From positions 1 through 5,005 of the forward strand of contig CAVNZM010000140.1 of the NCBI GenBank assembly GCA_963693365.1: DNA of 5,005 nt, in the 5' to 3' direction. Origin of the DNA: Amoebidium appalachense. Taxonomy: Eukaryota; Protista; Ichthyosporea. Shown here in pieces: positions 1-5,005 of this stretch. Positions within the stretch are counted from its first letter, which is position 1. Each line of letters opens with the position of its first letter. The position numbers and the translations under genes are program-made. The notes under the pieces are model-generated. The model was not told where the DNA came from and ran no database searches. It was given only the letters and a program-made list of their open reading frames with translations.

Positions 1-2
1 GT

Positions 3-221
3 GGATCTGGTGCCAGCGAGAAGCCGTCTATTTTTTCGCGCATGGGCACCACCCCCTGCAACCGTGGGTGCAAATACGGCAACCACGCCGAAGGCAAGAC
101 GTGCCCGGCCCTCAGAGTAGGATAAAACTCCTGCAAGCAGAAGGGGCACTTTAGAGGGTCACCAATTTGCCCCAAATGCGACCCCAACTTTAAGAGAAGA
201 ACCACGCAAGGCAGAGATTGA
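3..221 (+). pseudogene. gag: 3' end of gag: tandem CCHC-type zinc knuckles (nucleocapsid), interrupted by an in-frame TAA at 123-125
   Basis: Frame 3 reads GSGASEKPSIFSRMGTTPCNRGCKYGNHAEGKTCPALRVG*NSCKQKGHFRGSPICPKCDPNFKRRTTQGRD*. The stop sits where the first Cys of C-x2-C-x4-H is expected. The true C-terminus may continue in frame 1 to TAG 295-297. Confidence 0.8.
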
Positions 222-356
222 GGCTAATCGGGCCAAGTTCAAGAGAACACGTGTGGGAATAGGAAAGGCGGGCAAGGGACTGGTCTCTCCCCAGTAGAAC
301 ATAATGTATTTGATTTAATAGCAGAGCTGGAACTGTGTTCCCCTCTGGCAGATAAA

Positions 357-2360
357 TTGCAAAATAAATCTACTGGTGCGGAAATTTCTGTTGTCTCGGA
401 GCCCTCACACGAATCTGCATGTGCCCCACCCCCCCACGAACAGTTACCCCCGTGTACTGACCCCCCCATGCACACGCACACCCCGCCCCCGCGCAAAAAG
501 AAAAATGTGCATTTTGCTGACCGTGTGCACTCCTCCATTGCAGAACCACGGCATGAAAATGCCACTGTGTGCACATTAACCCACGAAAATAAATGCACAG
601 CCACACTTGCGCGAATGTATGTGCATGGGAAGCTAGTCACAGTAGTTGTCGACTCTGGTGCTAGCCATAGCTGTATAAGCACAGCATTTTACGAATCTCT
701 CCCTGTAGTGGCAAGAAAACGAATTCAGCATGTTCCTAATTTTAGTGTACTGGATGCACAAAGTAACGAAATGACATGCCAAGGAAGTATATCTCTCACT
801 CTCGCCATTCCCAACGAATCTGCTCTAGTGGTGCACAGATGGCATGTGATTGATAATCTACCATATGATGCCTTATTAGGTGTTGATTTCATGGGGCCAC
901 AACAGGGACGAATTGATTACGGTGCTGCAGAACTTTCGTTCATGTATGCTAAGGGAAATCGCAGGTGCAGTATTCCGGTGTGGTGGTTGCGTGGGAGTGC
1001 GGAGGAGACAGCTGTTTCTCGCGTATTAATTACCACCACAGGTATTCACCTCCCGGTAGATGCGTCAAATATCGCAACGTGTAAAATAAAACTCGCTGCC
1101 GGCGCACCACCACCACGAACTTTAGACTGTTGTATGGGCACAGTGGTTCCATGTGGTCCACTTAATTCACGGGCTTACACAACAGCATGCAGTGTCACCA
1201 GTTTAGCTCGAATTTCGAATAACGAACCCCCCCTCTCCACTAGCGAAGAAAGTGTGATCGAGGACGAATACGAATGCAAGGTGTTGTTGACTAACACATC
1301 GGACCATCATGTGTACCTAGGCCCTGGTACGGAGGTGGCCATGTTTATTCCCTTGCAATCAGATGACACTGTTACTCTTTTAGCACGTCCACACTCCGGT
1401 AATGGAACCAGGAGGGCGACAACCCCACACCCTGGCCATCCATTAGGTACCTCTGCTAAAACGAACTTTTCTTCGCAGGAATCAACCGAAGAACCCAACG
1501 AACACGAACCACACACTTTCCAGGCGGCTACTAATATTAACGGTAGTATTAAGGTGTGTGAACGGAGTAAAATTATGAATATGAGTACGAAAGAGAACAC
1601 CACACAGCGCAGTTCCACGAAAATGAATGGTTTTGGTAATCCAGCACGAACAAAACCAGAGGTAGGGCCACCTACTATCGAAGCAGCAGATGGGGCACCA
1701 TCTACCACTGCACTGGAGGATACGAATAATTTACGAAAGCGTACGCACGAATGTACCTCCGACGGGGAAGCCGCCACAGACGACGACTTGCCTTTTGGGG
1801 TCAAACCTCCAGAAGAATACGACATGCCTGGAACTCCCCCAGACCAACGGAAACCGTTGGCGAAACGGATACGAAAACTGCTTAAGAAATGGAAGCATGT
1901 GTTCTCTGCACACGACAACGACTTTGGTTTGAGTACCTTAGACGAACTGTCGATCGAAGTAACTACCACCATACCACAGTACCGCAGGCCCTATAACATC
2001 CCACATCACCTTCGCGATAGCCTACACAAACAAATTCAAAATTGGGTAGAGTTTGGAGTGATTGAGCCTGCGTCCAGCCCTTACTCCGCTCCGATGGTGT
2101 TGGTGGCGAAAAAGGACGGGTCTTTAAGAGTCTGCATTGATTTTAGAATGCTGAACTTGATTACGAAGAAAGACGGTTACCCTTTACCACGAATTGACAT
2201 GGCTCTGGGTATGCTCAGAGGTGCCCGCGTGTTTTCCGCACTTGATTTAAACGGTGGTTACCACCAAGTCAAAGTAGCCGATAACGACAAAGAAAAACTT
2301 GCATTTACCACCCCCTGGGGGGCAGTATCAATTCGCACGCGCACCTTTTGGAGTAAGTAA
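357..2360 (+). CDS. pol: Pol segment 1: Pro-rich region, aspartic protease, dUTPase-like domain, linker and N-terminal half of RT (real homology ends at ~2321)
   Basis: 667-aa ORF containing VVVDSGASHSCIS, ALLGVDFM, SSPYSAPMVLVAKKDGSLRVCIDFRMLN, YPLPRID and FSALDLNGGYHQV. The listed start is TTG and the frame is open from 228, so it is probably not a real initiation site. Confidence 0.9.
   Translation: MQNKSTGAEISVVSEPSHESACAPPPHEQLPPCTDPPMHTHTPPPRKKKNVHFADRVHSSIAEPRHENATVCTLTHENKCTATLARMYVHGKLVTVVVDSGASHSCISTAFYESLPVVARKRIQHVPNFSVLDAQSNEMTCQGSISLTLAIPNESALVVHRWHVIDNLPYDALLGVDFMGPQQGRIDYGAAELSFMYAKGNRRCSIPVWWLRGSAEETAVSRVLITTTGIHLPVDASNIATCKIKLAAGAPPPRTLDCCMGTVVPCGPLNSRAYTTACSVTSLARISNNEPPLSTSEESVIEDEYECKVLLTNTSDHHVYLGPGTEVAMFIPLQSDDTVTLLARPHSGNGTRRATTPHPGHPLGTSAKTNFSSQESTEEPNEHEPHTFQAATNINGSIKVCERSKIMNMSTKENTTQRSSTKMNGFGNPARTKPEVGPPTIEAADGAPSTTALEDTNNLRKRTHECTSDGEAATDDDLPFGVKPPEEYDMPGTPPDQRKPLAKRIRKLLKKWKHVFSAHDNDFGLSTLDELSIEVTTTIPQYRRPYNIPHHLRDSLHKQIQNWVEFGVIEPASSPYSAPMVLVAKKDGSLRVCIDFRMLNLITKKDGYPLPRIDMALGMLRGARVFSALDLNGGYHQVKVADNDKEKLAFTTPWGAVSIRTRTFWSK
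606..950 (+). other. Retropepsin-like aspartic protease domain
   Basis: Catalytic D-S-G-A at 651-662, preceded by hydrophobic VTVVV. C-terminal LLGVDFM motif at 873-893. Domain boundaries are approximate. Confidence 0.92.
1014..1355 (+). other. Degenerate dUTPase-like (beta-clip) domain between PR and RT
   Basis: SVIEDEYECKVLLTNTSDHHVYLGPGTEVAMFIPL resembles trimeric dUTPase motifs III-IV (GVIDxDYxGEIKVxLxN...xIxxGDRIAQL). An upstream IHLP strand also fits. Catalytic motifs are not conserved. Judged by eye only. Confidence 0.5.
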
Positions 2361-3010
2361 CATGCCTGCTGTCTTTTCAAGGATGATGAACCGTGTATTC
2401 GCTGGTATGCTGTGGACACATGTACTCATATATCTCGATGATATATTAGTTATGTCACCCACTATCGAAGAACATTTTGGGCATTTAGATTCATGTTTTT
2501 CCCGGCTCTGTGATGCAGGATTAAAACTGAAAGGCAGAAAATGCTCTTTGTTCATGGAAGAAGTTGGCTATTTAGGCCATCGCGTATGCCCGGATGGTAT
2601 TAAGGTAGACCCAGAAAAAGTGGCAGCAATAAAGAATAAAAGCTACCCACAAAATTTATCTGAGCTACGAAGTGACCTCGGGTTATTTTCATATTATCGA
2701 ATATTTGTGGACGATTTCAGCCATACGGCTGAACCACTCACGCGAATGCTGGGCACCTCGAAGGAGGATTCAGAATTACTAAAACAAATTCACGCAAAAA
2801 TGCCCCCCTCTACGAAACCCGCCAAACGCAACGGCAGCGCAAAACAACGAAAAGACGAAGCAAAAAATTTGCACGCCGATTCTGCAGCTATTTTGGCCAC
2901 GAAAAAGAAAGCACAGAAAAATGCTGCATGGGTGTGGGGTACGGAACAGGAGAAAGCATACGATACCCTTAAGAATGCGTTAATTAATGCACCTGTGCTT
3001 GCTCACCCCG
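1860..3010 (+). other. Reverse transcriptase domain (palm, fingers, thumb, connection), frameshifted at 2317-2322
   Basis: First catalytic Asp in ALDL at 2244-2246. YLDD at 2431-2442. Also KCSLF, YLGH, LGLFSYYR and APVLAHPD motifs. Confidence 0.96.
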
Positions 3011-3087
3011 ATTTCACCAAACCTTTTATTGTTGACTCCAGATGCTTCACAGTATGCTCTGGGCGCAGTGATTTCGCAGGTAGGTGA
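2299..3087 (+). CDS. pol: Pol segment 2: C-terminal RT (homologous part ~2323-3036)
   Basis: 262-aa ORF with PFGVSNMPAVFSRMM, IYLDDILV, GYLGH and WGTEQEKAYDTLKNALINAPVLAHPDFTKPFIV. Confidence 0.9.
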   Translation: MHLPPPGGQYQFARAPFGVSNMPAVFSRMMNRVFAGMLWTHVLIYLDDILVMSPTIEEHFGHLDSCFSRLCDAGLKLKGRKCSLFMEEVGYLGHRVCPDGIKVDPEKVAAIKNKSYPQNLSELRSDLGLFSYYRIFVDDFSHTAEPLTRMLGTSKEDSELLKQIHAKMPPSTKPAKRNGSAKQRKDEAKNLHADSAAILATKKKAQKNAAWVWGTEQEKAYDTLKNALINAPVLAHPDFTKPFIVDSRCFTVCSGRSDFAGR

Positions 3088-3391
3088 TGACGGCAAAGAA
3101 CGACCCAAAGCTTATGCTAGCAGAACACTCTCTAAGAGTGAACGAAATTATGCGGCGAATAAAAGGGAAGCCTTAGGTGTGTATTGGGCTGTGTGCAAAG
3201 CATTTTGCGCTTACACCTATGGGGCTCCTTTCTTGTTACGAACCGACCACTCCAGCTTGACGCGCATTCTGTCTACCGGCGATGCACCGGAACCTGTTGT
3301 TGCAGGCTGGCAAATGGCGCTTTCCGCATACACATACGAAATTCAGCACAGGGCGGGCAAACACCACAGCAATGCTGATGGACTCTCTCGG
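3025..3391 (+). other. Ty3/Gypsy-type RNase H domain
   Basis: Catalytic D (DAS, 3041), E (KREALG, 3167), D (TDH, 3245) and D (NADGLSR, 3377) are all present. Confidence 0.93.
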
Positions 3392-5005
3392 CCATCTAAA
3401 GAAAATGCGCAACCAGGACCCGAAGATACTGAGCTGACATACCCCTCACTGATCGGCACAGTCTCGGGCTCGTCCACGGTGTTTGCGGTAACACGCTCCG
3501 CCGCAGCGACAGCGCAGGCACAAGCTGCCACCCACCCACCCCCAGCTGAACCCACGAAACCTAATACCACGCCGCCAGAATTTATTCCCCCAAAAGCGGA
3601 TGGACGAATGCCCACCTATGAACAGTATGTGTCAGCACAGAAGGCTGATAAACACATTGCGAAAGTCAGGGCCTACCTGGAAAAAGCACTGGGCTACGAA
3701 TTATTTGGCAACGAAATCGCGATGGAAGCTAGTCGCTGCACCATAGACAATGACCTTGTGTATGTGTGGGTCCTAGAACAGCGTGGCCCCCGCAAACCCA
3801 GCAAGGAACCACGAATTTGGGTGCCGTCTACGCTTGTGCGCCTCGCTTTGGCCGCATGTCACGACGCCCCAACCGCAGGTCACCTCGACGCAGCACGCAC
3901 CTTCCACCGTGTTACCCAGACAGCATGGTGGCCACGTGTATGGCAAGACTCGGTGCAGTGGGTAACCACATGCAAAGCCTGTCAATACCGGAAGACACCC
4001 CGAATGCAAAAGAAACTACGAATTCACGATGGTTTTATCCCCACCTATCCCTTTCAATACGTGTCTATGGACATTACTGAGATGCCTACGAAATCTGATC
4101 TCAGAGTTTCCCTGTTGGTGTTTCTCGACCTCTTCACTCGCTGGCCGGAAGTGATTTTATTTCACAAAACACCCACAGCCGAAGATGTGGCAAAGGCATT
4201 CGAAGACTCCATCTACTGCCGTCACGGTCGTCCGGAATTTTTAGTATCAGACAACGGCGCGAATTTGGCAGCTATGTTGGTCACAGATGTCTGTCGAGTG
4301 TTGGCTACAAAACGAATTTTTGCAAGTCCCTACAGCCCCCAGACCAATGGTGCCGTAGAGCGATTCAATCGCACACTTAAGAATATTCTTGCCACTCTCG
4401 TGCAGGATAAACACCACGAATGGATTGACTACTTACCGCAAGTACTGTTTTCCTACCGCACCGCCTACCACTCTTCCTTGGGGGACACGCCATTCTTCAT
4501 GCTTTATGGCAGAGATCCGGTCGAGCCCCCCCGCCCCCCAATTGCGGCTTCATGTGGGATGGAGACGGAGGAATACCGTCGAGAACTACTGCAACGAGTG
4601 CAGTATGCCCGGCAAACAGTCACACGAATTATGTCTGAAGCTGCCCGTCGAAGTAAAATCACGGCTAACAAAAATGCTCGTGAACCCACAGAACTCGAGG
4701 GTCTGGTGTTGAAAGCAGTCACAGACTCCACCACCGACCACAGTCTACCCACGGCACTCAGACCTAAATGGGAAGGTCCGTATCGCGTCCTGCGGCGCGT
4801 TACCGACGCCCCCATGTCTTACGAAATTCAGCGGGTTGGGTCAACGGACACCGTTCGAGCACACGCACGTCATTTGAAGCCGTATTTTCCCCGTGACGAC
4901 GTTGATATGACGCCAGCCGACTCTGGTCCGCAAGATTCACCCACCCCGACCTTCGAAGTGGCAAAAATTATTGCCCACAAGTACGACTCGGCAACTGCCC
5001 AAGCA
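3041..5005 (+). CDS. pol: Pol segment 3: RNase H, integrase, GPY/F and chromodomain start (frame 2, open to the window end, absent from the ORF track)
   Basis: Manual translation of frame 2 found no stop between TAA 2981-2983 and 5005. It reads DASQYALGAVISQ...AYASRTLSKSERNY...REALG...RTDH...NADGLSR...CHDAPTAGHL...CKACQ...SMDI...SDNG...SPQTNGAVERFNRTLK...WEGPYRV...HLKPY...FEVAKIIAHK. Confidence 0.92.
3860..4520 (+). other. Integrase zinc-binding domain and catalytic core
   Basis: H 3860, H 3881, C 3971 and C 3980 give H-x6-H-x29-C-x2-C. D 4070, D 4250 and E 4358 give D-x35-E spacing. TPFFMLYGRDP lies at the end of the core. Confidence 0.95.
4757..4885 (+). other. Integrase C-terminal GPY/F (SH3-like) module
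   Basis: LRPKWEGPYRV with GPY at 4775-4783, followed by YEI and HARHLKPY (4862-4885). Confidence 0.88.
4952..5005 (+). other. N-terminus of a probable chromodomain, truncated by the window edge
   Basis: FEVAKIIAHK matches the (Y/F)EVExIxxHR opening strand of chromodomains and follows GPY/F after an Asp/Pro-rich linker. Only 18 codons are visible. Confidence 0.65.

Larger units (their letters stand above)
1..5005 (+). mobile_element. Ty3/Gypsy (Metaviridae) LTR retrotransposon, internal gag-pol region, probably chromodomain-bearing; extends beyond both window edges
   Basis: Manual translation gives the domain order Gag zinc knuckle, PR, RT, RNase H, IN. IN after RH is the Gypsy order, not the Copia order. 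IN has H-x6-H-x29-C-x2-C, D-D35-E and GPY/F motifs. Confidence 0.97.
228..5005 (+). pseudogene. pol: pol polyprotein (PR-RT-RH-IN-chromodomain), split by two +1 frameshifts; 3' end outside the window
   Basis: Frame 3 is open from 228 to the RT motif AFTTPWG (2321). It continues in frame 1 from QYQFARAPFG (2323) to KPFIVD (~3036), then in frame 2 from DASQYALGAV (3041) to the window end with no stop. Confidence 0.92.

Noticed and set aside
123-227. Alternative genetic code (TAA/TGA reassigned) to explain the gag stops
   Set aside because: About 1,590 codons of reconstructed pol contain no in-frame TAA, TAG or TGA, which a reassigned code would be expected to use. The TAA also falls at a Cys position.
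239-682. Antisense ORFs 239-682 and 370-606, and alternate-frame ORF 376-579
   Set aside because: They overlap pol, show no recognisable motifs, and their Gly-rich content simply mirrors the Pro codons.
2311-2322. Programmed +1 frameshift or hairpin at CCCCCTGGGGGG
   Set aside because: It lies mid-RT, where recoding would give a useless truncated product. The stem would be only ~4 bp, and a homopolymer indel is a simpler explanation.
1690-2555. Small ORFs 1690-1932, 1731-1913 and 2328-2555
   Set aside because: Short off-frame or antisense shadows of the linker and RT, with no motifs.
1860-3010. Bacterial RT system (retron, DGR, group II intron, CRISPR-RT), or a retrovirus or caulimovirus
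   Set aside because: RT is fused to protease, Ty3-type RNase H and a DDE integrase with GPY/F. Caulimoviruses lack integrase, and the RT motifs are Gypsy-like rather than retroviral (no LPQG). No repeat array was seen.
4526-4540. Possible third pol frameshift in the C7-G-C6 tract
   Set aside because: Base-by-base translation keeps frame 2 (EPPRPPIAA) and reaches GPY/F in frame.
3184-4815. ORFs 3184-3378, 3343-3615, 3766-4080, 3773-4009, 3783-3965, 4389-4712 and 4504-4815
   Set aside because: All overlap the true frame-2 RNase H-integrase reading frame, which the ORF track missed.
1-5005. LTRs, primer-binding site, polypurine tract, env, tRNA/rRNA genes
   Set aside because: The window is coding from end to end and no long direct repeats were seen. 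These features would lie outside it.

Overview
The whole window is the internal coding region of a eukaryotic Ty3/Gypsy-type LTR retrotransposon on the + strand, cut at both ends, with no LTR, PBS or PPT in view. The order is: end of gag (tandem zinc knuckles, one in-frame TAA), then pol with a Pro-rich N-terminal region, aspartic protease (DSGA), a degenerate dUTPase-like domain, a long linker, reverse transcriptase (YLDD), RNase H, integrase (HHCC, D-D35E, GPY/F) and the start of a probable chromodomain. Pol is broken by two +1 single-base frameshifts (~2317-2322 and ~3034-3040), so this is either a decaying copy or a sequence with insertion errors. The RNase H-integrase frame (frame 2, open 2984-5005) is missing from the ORF track because it has no stop inside the window. 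The unusual points are the domain combination (double 'CPA' knuckle, dUTPase-like fold and chromodomain), a ~50-aa basic insertion in the RT thumb/connection, and a PP1-docking-like motif (RKKKNVHFAD) before the protease. I see an unusual retroelement rather than a clearly new system.
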